Position numbers and translations under genes: made by a program. 64,000 bases of DNA from Vicugna vicugna (taxonomy: Eukaryota): contig MU058781.1 in assembly GCA_013265495.1 (NCBI GenBank), forward strand, positions 6,352,522 to 6,416,521, read 5' to 3'. Shown here one piece after another: positions 25,191 through 38,516 of the stretch. Positions within the stretch are counted from its first letter, which is position 1. Each line of letters starts with the position of its first letter. The notes under the pieces are model-generated. The model was not told the origin of the DNA and ran no database searches. It saw only the letters and a list, made by a program, of their open reading frames with translations.

Positions 25191-28100
25191 GAAAAGTTCA
25201 AGTGCATACTTATGATTGTAGAAGACGTATCAAACATGTTTGAGTGGCAGCACACAATTATTCAGACTTTTCTGTAGTTACTTTTTAGAAAATTTTGGGC
25301 TGACTGGCCTTATTTTACAGGTCTCTGACACTTTTTATGAGGTTGTAGTAAATCATTCAGGGATTGTCAGAGATCAAATTTTGTTGAAGGAAAATGAATT
25401 TTCATTGCTACATCTGTGAGAAGTAAGAAATTAATCACTTCCCCGCCCCCAAGTCAACTTAGAGTTAAGTACCGCCCCCTCCTCCGCCGGCATCCTCTCC
25501 CTCCTCCTCATCATGTGAGCAAACGGAACTATAAACTGTCCTCCACTCTGGGCTGCAAAATGCTCTCCCTTCCGTTTATCACCCTGTCCCCGCAGGTATT
25601 TGCAGAGGTCACATTGATTTTATTTCGTACAGTAATATTTCATCACCACTAGGAGAAATCCACAAAATTATAGAAAGATACTTAATAAAATTTCGAAAGT
25701 GTAGAATTTCACCCATTAATGCTTTTATTATTCTTAAAATGTGAAATCAAAAATGTAGCCCTTCTAGGGATTCTGTTTGGATTCAGGACTGCTTTCAGGA
25801 AGACCTGCCACATGGTCATGGGTGGTGGACTTGAAGGTTTTTATTCCAGCCAGGCCCTGGTTCCATGCCCCCAGGATGCCTGCAGCCCAGCCAGCCAGCC
25901 CTGGCACCAGGGGCTGGTCCTGGCTCTGGCTCTGTCTGTCCTCTCTGCCCTGCACAGAGCCCAGGCCTTACCTGCTGCCTCTTCCAGGGCCTCCCTCCAT
26001 GCATGCACAGCCAGGTGGATCCATGAGTACCTTTGTCTTTCTCCTCTCAGTCACACACCTCCTGCTTCCCCAGCCTCCAGCCCTACTGATCCTTGAAAAG
26101 CAGAAGCATGGGAAAAGAGCCAGTGCTAAGCAAGTTCCCAGCTCCTCAGTCAGAGCCTCCTCCTGTCCTCCCACTACTGGTCCACTAACTATTAACAGAT
26201 TCAGCAGTACACAAATAATTTCTGAAATGACAAAATGAACAAGGCATGTTCCCTCTCTATCATATAAAACCCAGCTGCCAATGGTCCACGTGAGATATTC
26301 AACAGAACAGTTATGCCAAAGCAAGAAGAATCACAACAACAACAACAAAAGGCAGAGTCTTTACAGACTTGCTTCAGGGAGCACAGGTGGATGCAGGCAG
26401 AGGTACCTCGTTAGGACTACCACCAGAAGCCTGGGTGGTGTAAATCAAAAGTGTGCACATGCACGCTCTTTGCTTAATGCAGGACTTTCCCTCTGTAGGA
26501 TCAAGTTCTTGGGTTGGCAGCTGAGAAAGCCACTGACAGCTGGGGAGTTATTTTCTCCTTTGGTCACAAGATGATGGAGGTAATCTCAGATGGGAAGTGT
26601 GGGGGAGAGGAGGAGGAGGAGGAGACAAATGCTTGCTGCTCTGACCAGAACTGGGTAAGAAGGCTCATAGTTCTTCCTTTCACATAGATCAGACACCTAA
26701 ATAACTCATGAGTCTATCCCTTAACATTTGATGAGAAACAGCTGGACACATCAACAAAACTCTTGAGGTGTCATAAAGGAGGATCAAGGCTTAAACCAGC
26801 CTTTATTTTCTTTTTTTTAAAAAGGATCATTACAAAATACTTAATCTGGGTTGCATTGTTCCCAAAGAGCTGAGGAATCCATAAAACCCAATAGAATCCT
26901 ATTTTCCAAGTAGGGGATCTAGTGAGGAAAATTATTTGAAGTGAATCCTTCCTATTTCGTTGATGACTGTTGAACTCAAACAGGCAGAAACTTGGACATC
27001 TAGAGCTGACCATTGTGAAATGTTTTCAGTGCTTTGACTAGGCATAGACCTGACTGGAGGGAGTTCTTGTTTTGGAATTTTCCATGTGCTGTCTTAGAGA
27101 TTCCATGAAACTGCAGATCAACCCACTCTTTATATGTATTAAACATACTCTGTATTTAATATATGCCATATATATAATACATATATACAATATTAAATTC
27201 GTAACAGACCACTGATTATAATATTTACTGTTTTAAATTGTTTTGAACAATGAAAGTTTCTTCTAGACAATGCATGTTTTCCAGATTTTTCCCTAACTAG
27301 ATGGCATGTTTCACAATAATCAGTTCCATCAATACATAACGAGAGCCTTGTGTGCCAGCGGGATGGATATTTTGTTGGCATTTCTGTCCCTTAAAAGGGG
27401 GTTGTTAATTCTGGCTAAATTCTAGGTAGACTTTTCCACGTCTTTCAGTCTTTCGTTCTTCTCTGTCATTAGCCAGCCCACCTCAAAGCAACAGTGTATG
27501 AACATTACTTCAGCCGTGATCAAATAAGAGAGGCAAGTGTGTTCCGCTTAATAAACGTACTCTTATTTTTCACACTGAAATCTAATTCTCTATTCTAGTT
27601 GCACATTTTGACTTCACTTTTAACTTATAACTACAAAATATATCATATAGGAAATATCAAAAGAAATGAAAGAACATACAGATACTAGTGTGTCATGTTA
27701 GAATGATGTGTTTATTTTTTGTTCTATATTTTCATCCTTTTTAAGATATCCCATTCAAATGAAAGATAAATAATCTTGCCTTCCTACTCATAAACTCTTG
27801 TTTAATTATTGGTCTCAGGCAATTCACTTTCTCAAGCCTTCTTTATACTCAGAAGAATTAAATACCGTGTTGGCCCCTTTTTCTTTACCTTTTCTGGGTT
27901 TAAATTGGCTGCCAGATCTCTTCAATTCTCTTGGATAATCTCTTCCGTATAGACTGTCTCTAAACTTTTAAATCTGGCTCTTATTAATTCTGTTTTATTA
28001 ATATTGTTTATTATTATAATTATTGATTAATTATAACTAATTATAATTAATTCGATTACTTCTCTTATTCTGTTTTCAAAGTCCTTATCTCATTTCTTTC

Positions 28101-31100
28101 CAATAATTAGAATTTTAAAAATATTTATTAAACACTGTGGGCAATAGTTTAATTTTCTGTACTATTTCAGACACACTTGTCTATTCCTCTGAACTCTGAC
28201 TTTAAATCTGGATCTGTTTCAGTAAGCAAACCAACGAGACTGCTAACTGACGCTGATTGCATGTCATGTTCTGTCCTTGGTTAGGGCCACTGGGTACAGC
28301 TGTGCAGGTGTGCCTGGCACAGGGGCACCTTGCCAACAGGTGAATGGAGGCTAATTGTCAACACAAGCCGAGAGGAAGAGACTATGGGCAGCCCTTTCTT
28401 AAGCATTACATAATGATGTAAAATAAATTTGTGATATGTATGGTCCTGCTTTTAGGCACTTGACGATAGATAAAGGAGACTTAGAAAACAGAAAACAGGA
28501 AAAACATTTTAAGAGAGTAATTTCTTTATAATTTAATGAATAAACTGTAAATTTATTCAGATTTAAAGGTATTCATTCAGGAGGAAGAGATGAATGTGGA
28601 CTGGACTATTTAGGTATAGCTCCAACAGATGAGCGGAATATAAAAAGAATCCTTAGGTTTAAGACCAGCAGTCTTATCTATTTCTAGTTACATAAAATTT
28701 TCATGCAGGGACAGCCTTATCCACAAAGTGAGTTATTAGGGACGTGCCCTGTGATTTGAGTGGTGTCCACCAGACCTCTTCATCTTCTCAAATGCCTCTG
28801 AACCTTATTTACCCCATCCCCTCCAGTGTGGGGGATTAGCGAGTTATCCCTCTAAGGTGTGGCCATCACAGGTGCCCTTAAAAAAAAGAAGATATTCCCC
28901 AAAGGGTGAACATAACAAACATGATCTGCCTGGATGATTCTGTTCAGTGAGGCTGATCGCACCTCTGTTCTGGAGAACCAGAGCCTGTGTTCACCTGAGC
29001 CTGAGATGCTGGCTTTGCAGAAGGACTTGGAAAGAAACGGCAGGAAGGAACCACGTCTCTGTTTTGCACTTCTATAACATCATTGATATCTCGATTGATT
29101 GTTAGACATACATGACTCTGAAAAAATATGATAAAAGCTGTGGCTCATCTGCTCAGAGAAATGCACAAAACCTAAACCATTACAGACGATTCATGGAGCT
29201 CACAGACTCCTGAAGCCTGTCTGGGATCTGAGGTTAACAATCTCTGTTCACTGAACAAATAAAAAGTGTCATTCTTAATGTCTGCGGTGCTGGGGAAACT
29301 GGCATTGCTCACCTTGGCTTTCTTCTATTCATAGTTCCTCCACTCGGCTTCTGTGCTCATCTTTCCCACCCACCTCCCACTTGTGGGTGAACAGAACCAT
29401 CAAAATAATAACTAAGAATCCTCACCTTGGGAAAAAGGGGGCTGTGTGCTGCTACCTCCAATTTGTTTCCAAGCGCTAGAATTATGTAACCAAGAACAAG
29501 GTGCGGCCAAAGGAGACTGGGGCTGTGTGTTGTGGAAGGCAGGTGGGCGATGGAGGTGGTGTTGCAAAGGTTATGCATTGTGGCCAGTTCTGCCTTACTT
29601 GGTAGCTGCTCCGTCTAGGGAAAGCTCAGTGCAACTCCTTCATAGCAGGGAAAATCAGACCACACAGCATAGTATCAAAGAGCCCTCTCTCTCTTGTAGT
29701 TACTGAGTCAGGACATATGAAAGCAAGTAAGATAGAAATCTTTACTAAGAACCTTCACATGGCAAAAGTTTGGAATATTTTAAATTTCAGAGTCTTTGGC
29801 TTCTCCAGCACAAGCTTCCGGTGCTCCAGTGGAGAGGACGAGGGTCAGGAAGCAAGAGTTGGGCTACCCTGGTTCCCTCTTTGAGAAGAAAATGTAAAGA
29901 ACTTATTCCCATGGTAAGTGCTCAGGAAGTCTTAGCTGTGACTGTAATGCTCTGTTTGCCTAGGTTGTGGCATTCTCAGTACTGACAATGTGTGGATCAA
30001 CTGCTGGTATAATTGCCATTGATAACTCTCCACCTGGGACTTACTAAAATGAAATGCAGACTCTCATGGGACATTGGTAACATGTTCCTCAAAACTCTTT
30101 TAACTCCTGAGAAGGCAAGTTTGTAGAGGCATGTCATCATTATCCTTTCCTTGTCATGGGCTGGGAAAAGCTCCAAAAAAGAACACTGTGTCCATTTGGT
30201 GTTTTCCATTCTCTGACCAGAAAAGGGGAAAGGGGACTCAAGTAAAATAGCCAGGGGGCAATACTCTGGTCTTAGCATCTCAGCAGCCAAGAGGATCAGC
30301 CTCCTGCGTGTCAGATTGATCTGCAGGTGCACTCGGACCTCAGGAGCAGATTCTAGGAGATGATCATGGAAGCCTGGATTTCACCAGATTCTTGTAAGAG
30401 CTTTATAGAGTATGAACATTGAGATCCTGAGTCACCTACCCTGTGTCATGATTCTTGCAAAGCCCCTTCATATAAAAATAGTCAATTCAAAAGTTTTACA
30501 GTATAAAAAGAAAGGCAGAACCACAGACATTCCAACAGTGGACTCCCCTCTTCCCCATGTGTCTACTGTGTTATCCGCTTTCTGGTGCAGCCCTGGCTGG
30601 TGGCAACTGGAGTGTTCTCCAGAGGGACAAAACCAGTGGAGAGGAGGAGTCTCAGCTGCAATGTCGAGGCCCCAGGTAGAATGAGATGAGAATATGGTTA
30701 GCTCTGCTGAGACATTAATTCAAAGAAACTCTAAGGAAAAGATGTAGAAGTTGACATGGCTCTGGCCTCCTTGTACAGCAGATAACGAGATTATCTGCTA
30801 TGGAGAAGGCGAGGTTGGGTTGGAATCTCGAGGTCTGAAAAGATTTAGACAAGCCCTGCATCTGTCCTCTTCTTTCCAACTCTACCACCTTCAGGGCTAA
30901 TCCTACAAGAGGAAAATGTATCCATAAATATGTACTCACTGACCTTTCTGTGTCAGCCTTGGGAAATAGTCTCGAACCTTTAAACAGACACGACCCCTGC
31001 TTTCTTGGAACTTTTCAGGCTAGTTGGAAAATACAGACGATAAATGTTAGTTGTGAGGAAGAAGAGTTCACTGGGGCTAGCCCCATCGAGGGACCCACCA

Positions 31101-31737
31101 CGCAGCAGGTGGAAGCTATGCGAGGTGGAGTCAGTTAAGGGGATAGTTCAGGCACCAGGTTAAGAGCCTTTACTTTCCCCTCCAAACTAGTGAATTATTT
31201 CTGAGACAGTTTCCCTGACTCCTGTCTCTTTCCAATCCCAGACAGCACCACCAAATTAACTGTTGTTGTCATGACTCTGCTCCAAAACTGTTAATAACCC
31301 CCCAATGCTTGCCCCTTGGGTTTCAAACAATGTAGACTAAGGTCGAAGGCCTCCACCAGCTGAGTATCCTTTCTTCCTAGACCTGAGCCCCACAGCTCTC
31401 CATTTCTGCTACGCTCACTGACTGTCCATACATGCCCCATCCTTTATCACCTCTCCACTTCTGTTCCTGCTGTCATTTACTCGTGAATGTCCTTCCCCCA
31501 CTGCCTATTCTTACTGTCTTATTTCTGCTTGAAGGCTCAGCTCTTCCTTCCACCAGGAGGCATCCTCTGGTCCCCAGCACCAGAAGCAACCCCCTCTCTT
31601 CTGCACATCCCCAAACTTTGTCCATACGTCTCTTAGGACATTTTTTATAGTCTTCTTATACTCTGGTCATTTTTATACTCTTCATCTTCTCACTGTATGA
31701 TAAACCTCAGGGGGGGATTTGTGCCTTATTCACTTTT

Positions 31738-33583
31738 TTTTTTACATTTTTTATTGATTTATAATCATTTTACAATGTTGTGTCAAATTCCAGTGTTCAG
31801 CACAATTTTTCAGTCATTCATGGACATATACACACTCATTGTCACATTTTTTTCTCTGAGATTTATCATAACATTTTGTGTATATTTCCCTGTGCTATAC
31901 AGTGTAATCTTGTTTATCTGTTCTACAATTTTGAAATCCCAGTCTATCCCTTCCCACCCTCCACCTCCCTGGTAACCACAAGTCTGTATTCTCTGTCTGT
32001 GAGTCTATTTCTGTCCTGTATTTATGCTTTGTTTTTGTTTGTTTGTTTGTTTTTGTTTTTTAGATTCCACATATGAGCGATCTTATGTGGTATTTTTCTT
32101 TCTCTTTCTGGCTTACTTCACTTAGAATGACATTCTCCAGGAGCATCCATGTTGCTGCAAATGGCATTATGTTGTCGGTTTTTATGGCTGAGTAGTATTC
32201 CATTGTATAAATATACCACCTCTTCTTTATCCAGTCACCTGTTGATGGACATTTAGGCTGTTTCCATGTTTTGGCTATTGTAAATAGTGCTGCTATGAAC
32301 ATTGGGGTGCAGGTGTCATCCTGAAGTAGATTTCCTTCTGGATACAAGCCCAGGAGTGGGATTCCTGGGTCATATGGTAAGTCTATTCCTAGTCTTTTGA
32401 GGAATCTCCACACTGTTTTCCACAGTGGCTGCACCAAACTGCATTCCCACCAGCAGTGTAGGAGGGTTCCCCTTTCTCCACAGCCTCTCCAGCATTTGTC
32501 ATTTGTGAATTTTTGAATGACGGCCATTCTGACTGGTGTGAGGTGATACCTCATTGTAGTTTTGATTTGCATTTCTCTGATAATTAGTGATATTGAGCAT
32601 TTTTTCATGTGCTTTTTGATCATTTGTATGTCTTCCTTGGAGAATTGCTTGTTTAGGTCTTCTGCCCATTTTTGGATTGGGTTGTTTATTTTTTTCTTAT
32701 TGAGTCGTATGAGCTGCTTATATATTCTGGAGATCAAGCCTTTGTCGGTTTCACTTGCAAAAATTTTCTCCCATTCCGTAGGTTTTCTTCTTGTTTTATT
32801 TCTGGTTTCCTTTGCTCTGCAGAAGCTTGTAAGTTTCATTAGGTCCCATTTGTTTATTCTTGCTTTTATTTCTTCTAGGAGAAAATTTTTGAAATGTATG
32901 TCAGATAATGTTTTGCCTATGTTTTCCTCTAGGAGGTTTATTGTATCTTGTCTTATGTTTAAGTCTTTAATCCATTTTGAGTTGATTTTTGTATATGGTG
33001 TAAGGGTGTGTTCTAGCTTCATTGTTTTACATGCTGCTGTCCAGTTTTCCCAACACCATTTGCTGAAGAGACTGTCTTTATTCCATTGTATATTCTTGCC
33101 TCCTTTGTCGAAGATGAGTTGACCAAAAGTTTGTGGGTTCATTTCTGGGCTCTCTATTCTGTTCCATTGGTCTATATGTCTGTTTTGGTACCAATACCAT
33201 GCTGTCTTGATGACTGTAGCTCTATAGTATTGTCTGAAGTCTGGGAGAGTTATTCCTCCAGCCTCTTTCTTTCTCTTCAGTAATGCTTTAGCAATTCTAG
33301 GTCTTTGATGGTTCCATATAAATTTTATTATGATTTGTTCTAGTTCTGTGAAATATGTCCTGGGTAATTGGATAGGGATTGCATTAAATCTGTAGATTGC
33401 CTTGGGCAGTGTGACCATTTTAACAATATTGATTCTTCCAATCCAAGAGCATGGAATATCTTTCCATTTTTTAAAGTCTTCTTTAATTTCCTTCATCGAT
33501 GGTTTATAGTTTTCTGTGTATAATTCTTTCACCTCCTTGGTTAGATTTATTCCCAGATACTTTATTACTTTGGGTGCTATTTT
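31738..33583 (-). mobile_element. Young 5'-truncated LINE-1 with open ORF2 C-terminal region, 3' UTR and poly(A)
   Basis: ORF 32060-33592(-) encodes the L1 ORF2 C-terminus (KYLGINLT...[18 protein letters not shown]...) without stops. Poly(T) on + at ~31734-31743. Perfect 13-bp TSD CTTATTCACTTTT at 31725-31737 and 33584-33596. Confidence 0.96.
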
Positions 33584-34779
33584 CTTATTCACTTTTGTAC
33601 TTCATAATCCTTTATACTCCAATGCAAAATATGCTTTGCTAAAATAAATGCTCTATTAATGATTATTGAAGTTAATGCTAGAGAAAAAAATCATATTAGA
33701 TTGGATGTTTGGAAGTTTCCTGTAAACCTGTAAAAATTGGTTCTTAAGGGTATATTTTTGCATTCCTGGGACATAAGTGTCCTTATATATATATATGTAG
33801 ATATATAGATATATATATTTCATCCATTCATTCATTCATTCTTCAGTATAAGTATATTGAATACCTACCAAATGCAAGGCATGTGCATAGTAGGGGTAGC
33901 ACTGGCTCTGGATATGTGCGGTGCGTGCGTTCATTTAGCAATGTCATCGATGACATAAACAGTGTCATTTTATTTCCCTTCGTTCCAGACAAAGGGGAGC
34001 AAAGAGGCACTCCTCATCACCACTGTTGGACAAGAGCAATGTGTGATAGGAAAAACTTTCATTTAAGTTGTGACCTGAGGGGTCAGAATAAGCCTTGGAA
34101 TGCACAGAACCAAATTAGATGCAATTTTAACATCGACAGAGAATGTTGGCTTTTTAGACACTGATCCGAGTTTGTTTAGAAATTTTGCTTTAAGAAGTAT
34201 CAATTACTCCCCCTCCCTTTTCTCTCTTGTCTATAATTATTTTCCTAGCATTCATTCAATGAAGAGCTCAAGTGTACTTTTTAGATTGAAATTAATAACA
34301 ATTGAACATCAACATTTTCCTTCTAATAGTGTTAATAAAAAAGTAAAAATCTCCATTTTGTAATTATAATCAGTATATAAAGAGGAATGGCCACAAATAC
34401 ATACATAAAAGTAAATTGGTTTGGGGGTACATTTGTTTTTAAATATTCAGGCAATTTACTTTCTTTTAAAGATGTTATGTATGTAAAATACACTTTAAAC
34501 ACATTTAAAAATGTTTAAAATGTTGTTACAAAATATGAGTGCATCTGAACTTGACATCTAGCTAAAGCAGCTCTTGTCCACCTCCCTCTCCAGCCAGGAC
34601 CTTTATCCCTATCCTGGGGTTGGGGAACACACAGGCATGCCTCTTGCTTCCTAAGGATCCATCACTTCTCTGCACAAGTCTTTGAGGAGCCAATCTATCT
34701 GTGGCTCCTTCAGCCAGGAGCCTCTCGGATCTTTCCAGACTTCTTTGCAATGCTGCCTGATGCGGTGAATTCATTTCTT

Positions 34780-35560
34780 TCAGAGCCTGGCGCTTGGCAG
34801 GGTCCCTTTCTCTTCCTCTGCCTCCCTCATCTCCCTCTCTTTTCTCCCACGGCCCATCTGCCCCTCCCCTCCTCCATCCCCCTCTCCTCTCTGCTCCCCT
34901 TTATTTCCACTCCCCACCCGCGGAGCCTGGCTCTCTTCCCTTCCTCCCTCTCCCTCTCTCTCCCCCTCGGCTTGTCTGTATTTGGAGCTCCCGGAAGCCG
35001 CCGGCCACTCTCCCCAGGAGCAGCGTGACTGACACCGACTCCTACTCTGGGGGGAGGAGGCGGAGGGGAGGAGGGCCGGCGGGAGGAGGGCGCGAGTGGC
35101 CGAACCCGGCGTGGCATTGCCGGGCACCAGACCCCAGGACCCCCAAGCAGGTAATCCGGAGCGGCCGGGCCGGACGAGGGTGGGGAGGGGCCGGCGTGCA
35201 GGTGCGGGGGGCGCCCCGCGCTCGGAAGTTGCGCTCGGTGGGTGGGGTGCAGAGAGAGGGGCCGGGGCGCAGGGCGCGAGGAATAAAGGCAGCGCGGGCG
35301 CCTGTGCGGCCAGGATGCCGGGGATGCGGGCGAGAGCGGGGGCCTGGGCGCCGGGGACCGGGCGCGGGCGAGCGCCCCATCTGGGTCAGCGCAGCGGCGC
35401 CCGGAAGGCGGGGGTGCAGGCGGGGCGCGGGCGCGGAGCGGCCTCGGGGCTGGACCTGCGGCCCTGGGCCTCGCTGCTGCGCGCCAGGCCCGGCTAGTTC
35501 TAGGGGGGGCTCGCCCGCTCGGCTCTAAGCCTCACGGGGGTGCGGGGTCCGGGGAGCTGT
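34780..35560 (+). promoter_or_regulatory. CAP2: CpG island / promoter of CAP2
   Basis: Dense CpG and very high GC from ~34900-35550 in an otherwise CpG-depleted, AT-rich window. Multiple GC boxes, an ETS-like CCGGAAG at ~34991, and a C/T-rich tract at 34803-34968. Contains a splice donor and lies upstream of recognisable CAP2 coding exons. Confidence 0.88.
34975..35150 (+). other. CAP2: CAP2 non-coding exon 1 (5' boundary approximate)
   Basis: Donor CCCCAAGCAG|GTAATC at 35150/35151 inside the CpG island. No ATG in the segment. Exon 2 carries only 1 nt of UTR, so an upstream UTR exon is required. TSS cannot be fixed from sequence. Confidence 0.75.
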
Positions 35561-36497
35561 CACTGGGCTGGATCTAACCCTAGCCAGAAAGTGCTGGAAA
35601 GAAACAGACCTGGCTTCTCTGCAGAACCTGACGAGGCCACGAGTCACTTTGAAAAAAACGTAAAGGCCACTGAGGCAGTGAGGGACAGCTCCGGAGAGGG
35701 CACCTCACCGCTGGGTCGCAGTCTCCTTGGGTAGAGGGTTGTTTGTGGAAGTAGCAGACGACCTTTCTGTACTGCCATGGGAGTGGGGTCTGGCATCACG
35801 AATAGGCTGCAAGTTTTGGCAATACTTGAATTGATACATTCTCTAAAGTGAGTCAATATGAGTGGCTGCGTTTAGGATACTGAAGTAGGATTAGACCCAA
35901 ACAGCCAAAGTGGAGGTGAACACAGTAAAAAAGGTCAAGAACCTTTGACTTATATAGCCATGGGAACGCAGAAGCCTGCGGGACTTAAAGCACCAAAGTT
36001 TACCAGAATTGTTTGGAGGTATTATTTCTTTACTGCTTCTTTTGGTTTAAGGACTATGTCTTAGAATTCTTGGTAAAATATCTAAGCCCGTTTAATTGTG
36101 GAGTGGTCTTTGGAGAAATTGTTCTTACAGTTATTAGAGTCTAATTAGACTGTAAGCCTCTTGAGGGCAAGGATGGGGTTTTGGGTAGTTGTTACTGCGC
36201 CCAGGAGTATTTGACTCACAGCATGCAATGAGCAGGTGATAAAAGTTTGTTAAAATGATTCACCCGATAGTTTTGAATATGGCTAGATCATGACTTTTTA
36301 AAGATACTACACTATTTTACTCTGTGATCCCCAAACCTAAAAATCCTTAATAAAATTAGAATCGAGATATCATATTTATTAAAGAGAAGAAATTGACTGT
36401 GAGAAATCATAAGAGTGACTGTCAAGGTGGGCTTGTAGGAAATAGATTTTGCTGCTAATCGTAGGAGTGAGAAGTAATTTACCATGTTGATACAAGG

Positions 36498-36830
36498 TAA
36501 GATTTGGCAAGCTTTTTGAGTAAAGGGCTGGATAGTAAACCTGTAGGCTTTGCTGACTGTGTAGTCTCCGTAGTAACTATTCATCCGTGCTGTTACAGCT
36601 TAAAAGCAGCCTTAGACAATGCCCAAAGGGATGGTATGGCCGTATTTCACTTTACTCACGGTCACTGAAATTGGAAGGTCACTTGATTTTCACCAGTAGT
36701 GAAATAGTCTTCTTTTTTTCAGGCATTAAAGATGTAAAGTTCATTTTTAGCTTGGAGAGGAAGGGTGATAGAAAAACAGGAGGGGAGAGGGGGCAGGTTT
36801 GTCCTGTTGGTATTAGTTTGCTACACCTAC
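36498..36830 (-). mobile_element. MER58B-like hAT-Charlie element
   Basis: TGGCAAGCTTTTTGAGTAAAGGGCTGGATAGTAAA...AAAGCAGCCTTAGACAAT...TAGTTTGCTACACCT. Confidence 0.7.
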
Positions 36831-37162
36831 CTACCATGTGATTGAGTTTGGAGAGGAACCTTTTGAGAGTATTAATGGGCCAGATTCTCTGAGTGCCTTA
36901 AGTCATACCCAGGAGTTAAGTTAAATGCCTTTAAGACTAGCATTAACTTATTTTAGGCATTAGAGTGTTTTGTTTTGTGTTGAATATTTCCTAACAGATA
37001 TCTTTATGCTTGAGGTTTTGTTTTTAATTCAATCATTATGTAATAGATTATACAAAAAATAATATGCTAGGTTTATGTAAACTATAAACATATTCAAATG
37101 ACCACCTGTAACCTTGTCACGGCTTTAAAACCTAAGGCTTAAGGACTAGATAATTGTGAAAA

Positions 37163-38110
37163 AGGAACCCACAAAATGGGAGAAAATATTTTAAAATCCT
37201 GTACCTGATAAGGAGCTTGTATTCAAAATATACAAAGAGTTCTTACAACTCAATAATAAACAGATAAATGACCCATTATGAAAATGGGTCTGAATGGATA
37301 TTTCTCCAAAGAAGATATGTAAGTGGCCAATAAGCACATGAAAAGATGCTCAACATCATTATTCATCAGACAAATGCAAATCAAAACCACAGTGAGATAC
37401 CACTTCACACCCAGGATGGCTAGAATGAAAAAGTCAGATAACAAGTGTTTGTGAGGACATGAAGCAATTGGAACCCTTATACGTTGCTGGTGGGAATATT
37501 AAATGGTGCACCTGCTTTGGGAAACAACTTGTCAGTTCCTCAAAAGTTAAACGTAGAGTTACCATGTGATACAGCAGTTTCATTCTAAGTGTATACATCC
37601 AAGAGGAGTGAAAGCATATGTCCACACAAAAATCTATGCACAAATGTTTATATCAGCACCATTCATAGCAACCAAAAAGTAGAAACAACCCAAATGTCCA
37701 TCAGCTGCTGAATGGATAAATAAAATGTGTTATATCCACACAATGGGATATTATTTGGCCATAAAAGAGAGTGAAATGGACAACATGTATGACCCTTGAA
37801 AACCTTATTGTAAGTGAAAGATGCTCGTCCCAAAAGACCAAACATTGTATGACTTGTTCGTATGACAATGTCCAGAACAAGGCAATCTATAGAGAAAGAA
37901 AGCAGATTAGTGGTTGCTTAGGAATGGGAGTTGGTGAAGTGGGTAGGTGATAGTTGAAGGGTACAGTGTTCTTTTTGAGCTGACAGAAATGTTCTAAAAT
38001 TGACTGGTGATGGTTTTGAACATCATTGTATTGTTTGGTTTGTACACTTCAGATGGGATGAATTATATCATATGTGAGTTGTATCTCAATAAAGCTGTTA
38101 AAAAAATAAA
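37163..38110 (+). mobile_element. Old L1MB-type 3' region
   Basis: AAGCACATGAAAAGATGCTCAACATCATT, ATGCAAATCAAAACCACAGTGAGATACCAC; ends ATCTCAATAAAGCTGTTAAAAAAA. Confidence 0.85.
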
Positions 38111-38516
38111 CAGAAGACAAGGGGGAAAAAAAGAATTAGATTGCTGCCTATACTGTTGTATCTTTCTTTTGCTCTTCTCCTATGTCATTCCCTGTGCCCC
38201 CTCAATCCTGGATTTTGTGTTAACCATTCCCTGATTCTATTGTCAAATAGTTTTATGACATATGTATGTATTCCTGAACAATACTATTTAGGTTAGCTTT
38301 TTTTTTTCAGTTCATAAAAAGGGTGTATACAATCATCTCACTTTTAAAAATCTTAAAATTAAGTTTTAAAGAATCATCCATATTGTTGTGTGTAACTATA
38401 TATTATATGTTGGCAAATATTCTACGGTTTATTTATCCATTCTCTTATTGATGGGCATTAGAGTTGGTTCCTGTGAACACTCTTTTTGAACACTCTTTTC
38501 CATGTGTCTTGACACA

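Noticed and set aside
32562..33122. 186-aa plus-strand ORF (also 45341-45661 and 37250-37444)
   Set aside because: Antisense frame of L1 ORF2, a common artefact ([17 protein letters not shown]...).
32060..33592. 510-aa ORF as a host gene
   Set aside because: It is 5'-truncated L1 ORF2 lacking the endonuclease and most of the RT; its start codon comes from the flanking TSD.
34794..35528. 244-aa ORF and other overlapping ORFs in the CAP2 CpG island
   Set aside because: Non-ATG starts, Gly/Arg/Pro-rich composition expected from GC content, reads through the exon 1 donor, and is not in the CAP2 frame.
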